The notes under the pieces: model-generated | Seen by the model: only the letters and a program-made list of their open reading frames with translations | Databases searched by the model: none | What the model was told of the DNA's origin: nothing | Position numbers and translations under genes: made by a program | Shown: positions 11,315 to 20,425 of the stretch, one piece after another | Layout of the letters: each line of letters begins with the position of its first letter | Numbering within the stretch: position 1 is the stretch's first letter | DNA from: Christensenellaceae bacterium | GTDB lineage: Bacteria; Bacillota; Clostridia; Christensenellales; Borkfalkiaceae | Assembly (NCBI GenBank): GCA_045593005.1 | Contig: JAZNVV010000038.1 | Coordinates: 1,652 to 65,651 of the forward strand | Direction: 5' to 3' | Length of the DNA stretch: 64,000 bases

Positions 11315-12961
11315 TTATTTGTTAAAATTGTCCTTCAAAGACACGATTTCTGATAAAACCAAACCGTTTTTCGTATTAAGCTTCTTAAAATAGCCCGTTC
11401 TTAAAAACTGATAAGGTTTATCGTAGTCGCCGTCAAAAATATAAGGCTCAACCTTGCCGTTAAACTTAACGACGCTATCCCTATTCATCCTTTCGCCAAA
11501 ATCTTGACCAGGATATTCTTCGTCATTTAAAAGGTAGCCGTATTTTCTAATTTCGGTATCAACGCAGTTGTTTGCATCAACCCATTGAATAACCCCTTTA
11601 ACCTTAATGCCAGAATTATCGTTACCACTTTTTGACTCTGGAACGTAACTGCAAAGGAGTTCTTTAACGGAGCCGTCGTCATTAAAGAGTACGTCGTCAC
11701 ACTTAATAATATATGCGTTTTTAAGTCTTACGTAGCCATCTTTTTTAAGTCTGAAATATTTAGGTGGTGGACAAAGAGAAAAGTCGTCGGCATCAATGTA
11801 AAGTTCCTTTGAAAAGGTTATCTTGCGCGTACGCTTAATTTCTTCATTAGGGTTAACTTCAAATTCAAGTTCTTCGCCGTCGCCAGCATAATTTGTAATG
11901 GTAACCTTTAACGGTTTTAATACAGCCATAGCCCTTTCTGCGTGAAGATTAAGATATTCTCTAATGCACGCTTCTAAATAACTAATTTGAACTTCGGAAT
12001 TTGCTTTTGAAACACCTATGCGCGCACAAAAATCTTTAAGAGCTTCGGCAGGAACACCACGATTACGTAAGCCCGTAAGCGTAGGCATACGTGGGTCATC
12101 CCAGCCTTCAACAGAGCCGTCGTCAACAAGTTTTTTAAGATAACGCTTGCTCATAACTAGGTTTGTAACGTTAAGACGGGCAAATTCAATTTGTCTTGGT
12201 TTAGGATTAAATCCTAAAGTTAAGCCAACCCAGTCGTAAAGTGGACGGTGATCTTCAAATTCCAGCGTGCAAATAGAGTGCGTTACACCCTGCAAGTAGT
12301 CGCATATAGGGTGAGCAAAATCGTACATAGGATATACGCACCATTTATCGCCCGTACGGTAATGCGTTTCACGCAAGATACGGTAAATAACAGGGTCGCG
12401 CATATTCATATTAGGCGACGCCATATCTATTTTCGCTCTTAAACATTTACTACCGTCAGCATATTTACCCTCTCTCATTTCCTCAAAAAGACGTAAATTT
12501 TCTTCAATAGAACGGTTGCGATATGGACTTTCTTTTCCAGGCTCAACAAGATTACCTCTGTTTGCCGAAATTTCCTCCGGTGTCATATCGCATACAAACG
12601 CGTTGCCAAGTTTAATTTCCTGAACGGCAAAGTCGTAAATTTTATCGTAAAAATCGGATGCGTACGTAACGTTATCGTAAGAAAAACCTAGCCAAGCAAT
12701 ATCTTTTTTAATGGCTTCAACGTATTCTTCCTTTTCCTTCATAGGATTAGTATCGTCTAAAAACAAGTTGCACTTGCCGTTATACTTATCCTTCATACCA
12801 AAGTTAATGCAAAGACTTTTTGCGTGCCCGATATGAAGATATCCGTTAGGTTCAGGTGGAAATCTTGTCATTACAGAAGAAACCTTGCCCACGTCAAGTT
12901 CTTCGTTAATAATTTGTTCAATAAAATTAGTTGCTTCTGGAAGGTTTTTGATTTCGCTCAT
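11315..12961 (-). CDS. glnS: Glutamine--tRNA ligase
   Basis: 548 aa. RFPPEPNGYLHIGHAKS (HIGH), VMSKR (KMSKS) and FEDHRPLYDW are characteristic of GlnRS rather than GluRS. Confidence 0.93.
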   Translation of the reverse strand: MSEIKNLPEATNFIEQIINEELDVGKVSSVMTRFPPEPNGYLHIGHAKSLCINFGMKDKYNGKCNLFLDDTNPMKEKEEYVEAIKKDIAWLGFSYDNVTYASDFYDKIYDFAVQEIKLGNAFVCDMTPEEISANRGNLVEPGKESPYRNRSIEENLRLFEEMREGKYADGSKCLRAKIDMASPNMNMRDPVIYRILRETHYRTGDKWCVYPMYDFAHPICDYLQGVTHSICTLEFEDHRPLYDWVGLTLGFNPKPRQIEFARLNVTNLVMSKRYLKKLVDDGSVEGWDDPRMPTLTGLRNRGVPAEALKDFCARIGVSKANSEVQISYLEACIREYLNLHAERAMAVLKPLKVTITNYAGDGEELEFEVNPNEEIKRTRKITFSKELYIDADDFSLCPPPKYFRLKKDGYVRLKNAYIIKCDDVLFNDDGSVKELLCSYVPESKSGNDNSGIKVKGVIQWVDANNCVDTEIRKYGYLLNDEEYPGQDFGERMNRDSVVKFNGKVEPYIFDGDYDKPYQFLRTGYFKKLNTKNGLVLSEIVSLKDNFNK

Positions 12962-13066
12962 ATATAAATTATCCTGCTTTATTTATAATTTTTTTAATTA
13001 TAACATAAAGTTTATAAAATAAAAAGCAAAAATGTATTAATTTTTAATACAAGTTAAGGAATTTCG

Positions 13067-13095
13067 TTGACTAAAATTTCCTTATAAGTTAAAAT
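13067..13095 (+). promoter_or_regulatory. Sigma-70 type promoter for glyQS
   Basis: TTGACT (13067-13072), 17 nt spacer, TAAAAT (13090-13095). Leaves a leader of about 125 nt. Confidence 0.6.
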
Positions 13096-13223
13096 ATAAA
13101 AGATTAATTGAAGTCAGTTTTATGCGCTTAGTGCGCCATTAATTTGGCAAGACGTCAAACGTAAATATTAAGGCAAAATAAAACTTTCGCCACACGGCTA
13201 AAACAAAATAATGGAGAAATATT

Positions 13224-14603
13224 ATGTCAAACAGCAAGGCAACAATGGACAAACTTGTAAATTTATGTAAATCAAGGGGTATAATCTTCCCTGGTTCTGA
13301 AATTTACGGTGGTATGGGCAATACTTGGGATTACGGCCCTATCGGTGTTGAAATAAAAAATAATATCAAACGCGCTTGGTGGAAGAAGTTCGTTCAAGAA
13401 AGCGAAAATTCTTTCGGCGTTGACGCAGCTATCTTAATGAACGCAAGAGTATGGGACGCATCTGGCCATACGGCAAGCTTTTCCGATCCAAAAATGGATT
13501 GTAAGGAATGTAAATCGCGCCACCGTGCCGACAACCTTATCGAAAATCATTCTAAAGGCGCTATAAACCCTGATACTATGAGCCAAGATGAAATGCAGGC
13601 TTATATTAACGAACACGAAGTTCATTGTCCTATTTGTGGTAAGTTTAACTGGACGCCTATTAGAAACTTTAACCTTATGTTCCAAACTTCAAGGGGCGTA
13701 ACGGAAGATTCTACTAACACAATCTATTTAAGACCTGAAACGGCGCAAGGTGAATTTGTTAACTTTTTAAACGTTCAACGTACGACGAGAGCGAAAGTTC
13801 CTTTTGGTATCGGTCAAATCGGTAAGGCGTTTAGAAACGAAATTACGCCGGGTAACTTTATTTTTAGAACTATTGAATTTGAACAGATGGAACATCAATG
13901 GTTCTGCAAAGAAGGTACGGACGGCGAGTGGTATGACTACTTCAAGAAAGCCGCTTGGGACTTCCTTATTTCTATAGGTTTATCGGCTGACCATTTAAGA
14001 TATAAAGACCACGACAAACTTGCTCACTACGCAAGAGCTGCTTGTGATATTCAGTATTTATTCCCTATCGGCTGGTCGGAACTTAACGGTATCCACAATA
14101 GAACGAACTACGACCTCTCACGCCATCAGGAATATTCTTCTAAATCAATGCTTTACACAGACCCTATTACTAATGAAAAGTTTATTCCGTTTGTCGTTGA
14201 ATATTCTATCGGTGCAGATAGACTTATGCTTGCCGTTTTATCAGAGGCTTATGATGAAGAAACGCTTGAAGGTGGAGAAACGCGTGTCGTAATGCATTTC
14301 CACCCAGCAATTTCTGCTTACAAATGTGCTGTTTTACCACTTCAAAAGAAAGAACTTGGCGCAAAGGCAACTGAACTTTATAGAAAGCTTTCTAAAAAGT
14401 TTATGTGTACTTATGACGAGGCTGGTTCTATCGGTAAACGTTACAGAAGACAAGATGAAATCGGTACGCCGTTCTGTATTACGGTTGACTTCGATACTCT
14501 TAACGATAATACGGTTACCGTTCGTGATAGAGATAGTATGGAACAAATTCGTTTACCTATTGACGAGCTTGAAAGTTACATCTTAAAAGCAATCGAACTT
14601 TAA
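13224..14603 (+). CDS. glyQS: Glycine--tRNA ligase (homodimeric class II, GlyQS type)
   Basis: 459 aa. Motifs [21 protein letters not shown] and GADRL. GGAG SD upstream. Confidence 0.95.
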   Translation: MSNSKATMDKLVNLCKSRGIIFPGSEIYGGMGNTWDYGPIGVEIKNNIKRAWWKKFVQESENSFGVDAAILMNARVWDASGHTASFSDPKMDCKECKSRHRADNLIENHSKGAINPDTMSQDEMQAYINEHEVHCPICGKFNWTPIRNFNLMFQTSRGVTEDSTNTIYLRPETAQGEFVNFLNVQRTTRAKVPFGIGQIGKAFRNEITPGNFIFRTIEFEQMEHQWFCKEGTDGEWYDYFKKAAWDFLISIGLSADHLRYKDHDKLAHYARAACDIQYLFPIGWSELNGIHNRTNYDLSRHQEYSSKSMLYTDPITNEKFIPFVVEYSIGADRLMLAVLSEAYDEETLEGGETRVVMHFHPAISAYKCAVLPLQKKELGAKATELYRKLSKKFMCTYDEAGSIGKRYRRQDEIGTPFCITVDFDTLNDNTVTVRDRDSMEQIRLPIDELESYILKAIEL

Positions 14604-14611
14604 TAAAATAT

Positions 14612-14637
14612 AAAAGCACCCGTTTGGGTGCTTTTTT
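14612..14637 (+). terminator. Intrinsic terminator after glyQS
   Basis: Hairpin aaagcaccc-gttt-gggtgcttt followed by a T-run. Confidence 0.8.
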
Positions 14638-14677
14638 GTTGCTAAAAAATGCAATTAAACTATACCGTTTTTATACA

Positions 14678-14693
14678 TAACGGTAGCGTGAAA
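14678..14693 (+). repeat. Dispersed 16-nt motif copy 1 (TAACGGTAGCGTGAAA) with inverted partner TACCGTT at 14663-14669
   Basis: Matches YAACGGTWGYGYRAAA. Intergenic, 40 nt downstream of the glyQS terminator. Confidence 0.6.
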
Positions 14694-14705
14694 GTTAACC
14701 ATTAT

Positions 14706-15527
14706 TTATATCAATGTTTTTTTACTTTTAGGCTTTTTGCCTGCTCTTAAAAGCAAATAGTCGGCTTTGATCTGTTCCATTTTTGCCATTGCCGATTGAT
14801 AGCCTAGTTCATACATTTCGTTGCGCTTATTGTAGGCAATAGCCTTATACGCTGTTAAATCGGGCGTTAGCATAACGTCTGAATATTCATATCCTTGAAA
14901 AGAAGAATTTTCTGCCGAGCCAGGTCTTTTCTTTTCGATAGGAGTAGGCTCTTTAAATGCAGATAGGTCTATACCCACGATATAGTCAGCGCCAAGTTCA
15001 GCCACTCTGTCGGCAGGTATTGCGTTCATATAAGCGCCGTCGATAAGCCTACGCCCTTCGGTGTCGACAACAGGGCGAAAGAACGGTGCATAACAACTTG
15101 AGCCACAAAGCGCCGTCGCAACGTTACCCTTTGTAAAAACTACTTCCTTCATTTCGTCAGCGTCGGTAGCTACGACAACCATAGGTTTTTTAAGGTCTTC
15201 AATATTTTTGCCACCGATTTGTCTATCAAGAACTTTCTTTATACCCGACATATCCATATTAAAAGGAATACCGTTTAGCATATCTTTAAGGTTTAGCCCT
15301 GAAATTAGACCGTAAATATCGGTTGAACTATATCCGTCTGCATAAAACGCGCCAACTATACTGCCGATACTCGTACCACCTATGACGTCGAATTCTATCC
15401 CGTTTTCTTCAAACGCTTTAAGCGCTCCTAAATGAGCAAAACCTTTTGCCCCACCCGAACCAAGCGCTAATCCGATAACGGCTTTCTTTTTTGTAAATTT
15501 ACTTTTTAAAAAAGCTAAAAACCCCAT
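14706..15527 (-). CDS. Patatin-like phospholipase
   Basis: 273 aa. Oxyanion motif GSGGAKG, nucleophile elbow GTSIGS, and DGA/DGG catalytic Asp. Confidence 0.85.
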   Translation of the reverse strand: MGFLAFLKSKFTKKKAVIGLALGSGGAKGFAHLGALKAFEENGIEFDVIGGTSIGSIVGAFYADGYSSTDIYGLISGLNLKDMLNGIPFNMDMSGIKKVLDRQIGGKNIEDLKKPMVVVATDADEMKEVVFTKGNVATALCGSSCYAPFFRPVVDTEGRRLIDGAYMNAIPADRVAELGADYIVGIDLSAFKEPTPIEKKRPGSAENSSFQGYEYSDVMLTPDLTAYKAIAYNKRNEMYELGYQSAMAKMEQIKADYLLLRAGKKPKSKKTLI

Positions 15528-15529
15528 AT

Positions 15530-16129
15530 CTACACCTTTAATTTTTTTATTCTAATAGCAATTTTACAAATAAATATTATCAATAAAATAACAGCAATAA
15601 ATAAAAGCGCATATAATATCAAATTAACGTACTCTAATAAAAGTTGCGCTAATACGGAAACGATTAAACCTGCTATTAAATTACCTATTGTAACGGCTAT
15701 AAGTGATTTTTTAAAACCTATTTCTAAAAACACAGCAAGTGCCGTACCCATCCACACGCCGGTTAGTGGCAACGGAAGAGCAACAAAAATCAAAACTGTG
15801 GTAAACTTTGACAGATACGTTCCACCACCTTTAGCATCCGTTTTACCTTTTGCTTTGTCGGAAATATATCCTTCAATAGCAAGCGCTAACCGAGTGAAAG
15901 TTTTAGTTTTCTTTAATAAATTTATTATAGGTTTTAGCAACACAAACAGCATTAAAAAGACAATAAAAGAGCCTATTGCCGACAGTATAAACGCCTCAAA
16001 AAAGCCAAGCCCAACCTTTCGGGCAAATAAGATTGACCCTTTGATTTCTATGAGAGGAATTGTTGCGCCTATCACCGTAGTTAGCCGTACACCTAAATAT
16101 TTACATAAAAAAGTAGTAATAAATTCCAT
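15530..16129 (-). CDS. Small multidrug export-like membrane protein (COG2426 / Sm_multidrug_ex type)
   Basis: 199 aa polytopic protein. The PLPLTGVWMGTALA motif is typical of this family. Confidence 0.6.
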   Translation of the reverse strand: MEFITTFLCKYLGVRLTTVIGATIPLIEIKGSILFARKVGLGFFEAFILSAIGSFIVFLMLFVLLKPIINLLKKTKTFTRLALAIEGYISDKAKGKTDAKGGGTYLSKFTTVLIFVALPLPLTGVWMGTALAVFLEIGFKKSLIAVTIGNLIAGLIVSVLAQLLLEYVNLILYALLFIAVILLIIFICKIAIRIKKLKV

Positions 16130-16166
16130 TAATTATTTTATTCGCTTTATTTTTTTATATAAATTA

Positions 16167-16195
16167 AGTATAATAATAATTGATATTATTGTCAA
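16167..16195 (-). promoter_or_regulatory. Sigma-70 type promoter for the 15530-16129 / patatin operon
   Basis: Minus strand reads TTGACA, 17 nt spacer, TATACT. Confidence 0.55.
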
Positions 16196-16224
16196 CCGAT
16201 TTTTCTTTCGGTTAAAGGGGTTTT

Positions 16225-16977
16225 ATGAAACTTGAACGTCTTGTTTCTTCAATGAGAAGGGCTGTTACCGACTATAAAATGATTGCCGACGGGGATAAAA
16301 TTGCAGTAGGTCTTTCTGGTGGAAAAGATAGCGTTTGTCTTTTAGCAATGCTTGCGTCGCTAAAAAGATACTCGCCTGAAAAGTTTGACCTTGTTGCCAT
16401 TACCGTTGACCTATCGTTTACAGGACAAAAAACCGACTATGCCCCACTACAACAATTATGCGACGACTTGGGCGTTCCGTTACATATAGTTAAAACGCAA
16501 ATAGGCGAAATTGTTTTTGACGTTAGAAAGGAAGAAAACCCTTGTGCTCTTTGTTCAAAGATGCGCAAAGGTGCTTTGTATAATAAGACGGTGGAACTTG
16601 GTTTTAATAAAATTGCATTAGGACACCACCGTGATGATATGTTGGACACACTTATGATGTCTATGTTTTATGAAGGCAGGCTTTCAACCTTTGCCCCTAA
16701 AAGTTATCTTGACAGAACTGGTTTAACGCTTATTAGACCTATGATGTACGTTAAAGAATACGACGTTGTTTCTTGCATTAAAAGCAACAATCTACCAGTA
16801 GTTAAAAGTTGCTGTCCTGCCAACAAAATGACCAAGCGTGAGGAAATAAAGGACATTATCAATGATATAAATAAAAAAATCCCTGGAGTTAGGGATATGA
16901 TGTTTACAGCGCTTACCCACCCAGAAAGGTACAACCTTTTTGATAGATACGTTTCGGAAATTGATATTATTAAATAG
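16225..16977 (+). CDS. ttcA: PP-loop ATPase, tRNA 2-thiocytidine synthase TtcA family
   Basis: 250 aa. SGGKDS PP-loop plus Cys motifs CALCSKMRKG and CCP. Confidence 0.8.
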   Translation: MKLERLVSSMRRAVTDYKMIADGDKIAVGLSGGKDSVCLLAMLASLKRYSPEKFDLVAITVDLSFTGQKTDYAPLQQLCDDLGVPLHIVKTQIGEIVFDVRKEENPCALCSKMRKGALYNKTVELGFNKIALGHHRDDMLDTLMMSMFYEGRLSTFAPKSYLDRTGLTLIRPMMYVKEYDVVSCIKSNNLPVVKSCCPANKMTKREEIKDIINDINKKIPGVRDMMFTALTHPERYNLFDRYVSEIDIIK

Positions 16978-16984
16978 GCATATT

Positions 16985-17677
16985 ATGAAGAAAATTTTTA
17001 TATTTATGCTTTGTCTTTTAATCGCTTGTTTGCCACTTTTTGGCTGTAAGGACGAAGACGAAGAATTAAAACAAATGATTGAAGAATATTGTGCTAATAA
17101 AATCGCAACCTATATCTCTGAAAACGCCCAGTACGATGATTATGAAGTAGACGTAGTATTTTTAGGCGATAGCCTAACCGACGGATACGACCTTAAAAAG
17201 CATTACCCACAATACGTCGTATTAAATAGAGGTATTGCTGGCAATAATACTTTTGATTTAGAAAACAGGTTGCAGGTTTCATTATACGATACAAAGCCAA
17301 AAGTAGCCGTAATGCTTATCGGTGCAAACAACTTTAACTCAATGTTTGATAATTACGAAAAAATCTTGCAAGGTTTTAAGACAAACGTTCCAAATACTCA
17401 AATTATATTGCTATCTTTAACTTCTATGAGTGGTAAGTGGGGAAAGAATAACCAAATTGCATCATTTAATAACGTAAAAATTAAAATGCTTGCTGAAAAA
17501 TATTCATTTAGTTTTGTCGATTTATACTCTCCTTTGCTTAATCTTGAAACGGACGAAATTTATGCTGAATACACAACTGACGGTGGACATTTAACCGAGC
17601 TTGGTTACAACGTTTTAACAAGCAAAATAACCCCTGCGATAGAGAATAGTTTAAATATCTGGAATTCTAAAAATTAA
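16985..17677 (+). CDS. SGNH/GDSL hydrolase lipoprotein
   Basis: Start moved to MKKIFIFML... with lipobox LFGC. GDSLTDG block I and a DGGH-like block V. Confidence 0.75.
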   Translation: MKKIFIFMLCLLIACLPLFGCKDEDEELKQMIEEYCANKIATYISENAQYDDYEVDVVFLGDSLTDGYDLKKHYPQYVVLNRGIAGNNTFDLENRLQVSLYDTKPKVAVMLIGANNFNSMFDNYEKILQGFKTNVPNTQIILLSLTSMSGKWGKNNQIASFNNVKIKMLAEKYSFSFVDLYSPLLNLETDEIYAEYTTDGGHLTELGYNVLTSKITPAIENSLNIWNSKN

Positions 17678-17694
17678 TAATTTTAGGCATTAAA

Positions 17695-17726
17695 AAAGAG
17701 CAAACGCTTAATAAGCGCTTGCTCTT
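17695..17726. terminator. Bidirectional intrinsic terminator between convergent genes
   Basis: Imperfect hairpin aagagcaaacgctta/taagcgcttgctctt. Confidence 0.65.
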
Positions 17727-17739
17727 AATTTATTTGTAA

Positions 17740-18756
17740 TTATGCTTTGCAACCGTCAAATGCGTTGCCAAAAATATTTGCGCCAAGGTTAACAGTAGGT
17801 GTAGGTAAATCTTCTGAATTATAGAAAGCCCATTTGCCAACTTCTAAAACGTTTTCATATCCTTCAATTTCGGTAAGTTTACTTTCAGCAAACGCTTGCG
17901 TGCCGATTTTTAATACCTTTTCACTAACCGTAGGGAAAGCAATCTTTATACCCTTAAACTGATAGAAAGCCTTTTCGCCTATAACTTCTAAACCAGCACC
18001 GAAAGTTACCGTTTTAAGCATAGGACAACTTGCAAATGCGTATGCGCCGATTTTAGTTACGTTAGATAAATCGATTGACTGAATAGAACAACCCATAAAC
18101 GCACCGTCAGCAATTTCAGTAACGTTGCCGTTAATAACAACCTTATTTAATGCGCTATCAAAACCACTAAAAGTCTTTTCAGGAAGAACGTAGCCAGCCG
18201 CAGGAGCGTTAATAGTTATTTCCTTTAATGAAACAGGAACGTAGTAGGTTGCCGTCGTTGCATCAGAATTTTCTTCACTACCAGAAACTGTTTGGGTAAT
18301 TGAAACACCTTCGTCATAACTTGTATCACCAAAGAGATAACCCATAAGTCTTGCGTTATCTACAGCGCCGATTTTAGAGCCTGCAAAAGGAATAGTCAAC
18401 TTTTCAAGCTTTGTCATACCAGCAAAAGCGCCTTTACCGATTTCAACGACGTCTGACGTAATTACAATTTCTTTTAAGAAATTATTGCCCTTAAATGCGT
18501 TTGCTGAAATCTTAATTTCTTCACCATCATAATCTTCACCAACAACAGTTTCACCACTGATGGTTAATTTATCAATAACAGCGCCGTTGTCATCAACTTC
18601 TTTTGCATAACTTTTAACAATGTACGCGCCGTTTGCCTTACGAATATCTAAACCTGATTTTGGCAAATCACCGTTGCCACCAGCACATGCCATCATAGGA
18701 ACGCACATTAATACTGCCATTATAATGCAGAATGAGATTTTTAAAAATCTTTTCAT
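17740..18756 (-). CDS. Leucine-rich repeat (BspA-type) surface lipoprotein
   Basis: 338 aa. Signal peptide ending MMAC. Repeated ...I..I...AF..C..L..I.. units typical of the LRR_5/BspA family. Confidence 0.75.
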   Translation of the reverse strand: MKRFLKISFCIIMAVLMCVPMMACAGGNGDLPKSGLDIRKANGAYIVKSYAKEVDDNGAVIDKLTISGETVVGEDYDGEEIKISANAFKGNNFLKEIVITSDVVEIGKGAFAGMTKLEKLTIPFAGSKIGAVDNARLMGYLFGDTSYDEGVSITQTVSGSEENSDATTATYYVPVSLKEITINAPAAGYVLPEKTFSGFDSALNKVVINGNVTEIADGAFMGCSIQSIDLSNVTKIGAYAFASCPMLKTVTFGAGLEVIGEKAFYQFKGIKIAFPTVSEKVLKIGTQAFAESKLTEIEGYENVLEVGKWAFYNSEDLPTPTVNLGANIFGNAFDGCKA

Positions 18757-18880
18757 AAAAACTCCTTATTTAACAAGAAAATATACTTGTTACCAAATGA
18801 TTTTAACATATAAAAAAGTATTTGTCAATATCAGAGTTTTTATTTTATAAAAAATATCGTTTTTTTACGTGTTTTATTAA

Positions 18881-20356
18881 TTAAATTACCACTTCGCCAT
18901 TAAACCAACTTTTAAAGAACCCATTAGTGTTAGCGCCTACCTTTTCAAACGCTCCGACAAGGCTGTCAGGTGTTGCAATTTTGTATGAATTATCGGCTAA
19001 ATAAGTTTTTAATCCATTATAAAAAACTTCGTCTCCAACGCCCATTCGCAAGTAGTCGAACATTAGCGCACCTTTGACGTAAGCAATATTTACGTATTCG
19101 TACGACGTCGTAAAATCTGCAAGACTTCTCGTCATTATCGTGTTTTTATTCCCAAACAATTTGTCGTACACCGTACAATAAGTCGTATACGTCTTGTGAG
19201 AAATGTCAATTAAATTTTCCCTTGTTAGACCGTATTCGGGGTTGTTTTCATAGAACAATACAACAGAATATTCCGTCAATCCTTCGTCTAAAAAGCCACT
19301 TTCAATTTCATTATTACCGACTAATCCGTACCACCATTGATGCGCAATTTCGTGAATTATAACTTCTTCAAACGTCCTATGCTCTGTTATATCGTCGCTA
19401 ATCATTACTAAACAAGGGTATTCCATACCACCTTCGTTAAAGCCCGTTTCGCAAATCGAAAGTGTTTTATAAGGATATTTCCCAAATAGATTGTTAAACG
19501 TTTTTAACGCTTTTTCTGCCGTTGCAAGCGACGCTCTTGCATCTACGTCTGAATGATAATAATAATTGATTTCCGTCCCGTCGACGTTAGAAGACACGCT
19601 CTCATACTTATCCGACAGCACAAGCGCAAAATCACGTGCATTTGAAAGGCTGTATACGTTTGTTATTTGATTGCCTTCTGAATTGCTTTTTACTAAACTT
19701 CCCGACGACGCAACGTTAAAATTATTAGGCGTAGTAATGGTAACTTTATAATCTGCAACGTCTGAAACAAACGGATCGCCAAACGAGTAATATAGGCATT
19801 CTGTAAAACCACTTTCGCTATGAGTGCATAGTATAGGATAAAAATTTCCAAGGTTTACAGTATTGTCGTTATAACCAGTTCTTGCAAGCACGTTGGCAAG
19901 TTTAAGAGAGTAATAAATTTCGACAAAGGTACGTTCTTCGGGGTAAACGGTATCGTCAAGTTCGACCAAAAGCACGTTTTCGTCGTCGCCTACGATTGAA
20001 TAAGCAAGTTCGTCATCACCGTCAAAAACGGCAGATACACTCATATTTCCGTAACTTAAACCATTTGGATAAGCCTTTTTTTGTTGTGAAAGCGCAATCG
20101 GTTTATACACGGCGTCTTCCCTAAAAGCGTTGCCAAAAAGATTGAACTTTAAAACGTTTACTGCGATATCAAAATTATTATAAAAATCAATTTTAACAGC
20201 ACCGGTAATTAGCATGTTTTCTTCGTCAAAATTTACGTTTATATCGTAAAAGGTCCTGTCCGTTTTTTTGTCGCAAGAAGAACACCCGTTACACGAACAG
20301 GCAGGAAACAATAACGCCGAAATTATAACGACTAAAAATAATGAAATTTTTCTCAT
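18881..20356 (-). CDS. M1 family metallopeptidase, lipoprotein
   Basis: 491 aa. Lipobox FPAC. HEIAHQWW followed 18 residues later by E (HExxH-E18) and a GMEYP-type motif. Confidence 0.85.
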   Translation of the reverse strand: MRKISLFLVVIISALLFPACSCNGCSSCDKKTDRTFYDINVNFDEENMLITGAVKIDFYNNFDIAVNVLKFNLFGNAFREDAVYKPIALSQQKKAYPNGLSYGNMSVSAVFDGDDELAYSIVGDDENVLLVELDDTVYPEERTFVEIYYSLKLANVLARTGYNDNTVNLGNFYPILCTHSESGFTECLYYSFGDPFVSDVADYKVTITTPNNFNVASSGSLVKSNSEGNQITNVYSLSNARDFALVLSDKYESVSSNVDGTEINYYYHSDVDARASLATAEKALKTFNNLFGKYPYKTLSICETGFNEGGMEYPCLVMISDDITEHRTFEEVIIHEIAHQWWYGLVGNNEIESGFLDEGLTEYSVVLFYENNPEYGLTRENLIDISHKTYTTYCTVYDKLFGNKNTIMTRSLADFTTSYEYVNIAYVKGALMFDYLRMGVGDEVFYNGLKTYLADNSYKIATPDSLVGAFEKVGANTNGFFKSWFNGEVVI

Positions 20357-20358
20357 AT

Positions 20359-20402
20359 AAAAAACTCCCGTATATATTATTTGATAATAATATATGCGAG
20401 AG
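20359..20402 (-). terminator. Long AT-rich hairpin plus T-run between the M23 and M1 peptidase genes; its 3' arm contains the M1 SD
   Basis: Minus strand reads ctctcgcatatattatt-atca-aataatatatacgggag then tttttt, with the ATG 2 nt later. Confidence 0.6.
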
Positions 20403-20425
20403 ATTTTTTCGTTATGACGTAAAAA

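Noticed and set aside
13096-13223. T-box or glycine riboswitch upstream of glyQS
   Set aside because: No T-box consensus, specifier loop or terminator/antiterminator pair is visible, and no glycine-riboswitch core motifs. This still needs a covariance-model check (see findings).
14678-14693. parS or half-parS reading of the GTGAAA / GCGCGAAACA part of the dispersed motif
   Set aside because: Only one half-site (GTGAAA) is present. The full 16-bp palindrome TGTTTCACGTGAAACA never occurs. In copy 3 the inverted halves are separated by a 9-nt loop.
14649-14750. Small ORFs spanning the 16-nt motif with a shared peptide NGSVK(V)xH (33 aa here; 23 aa at 22863-22934)
   Set aside because: Neither ATG has an SD. 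Copies 3 and 4 have no start codon in that frame, and this ORF runs antisense into the patatin gene. The peptide similarity follows directly from the conserved DNA motif.
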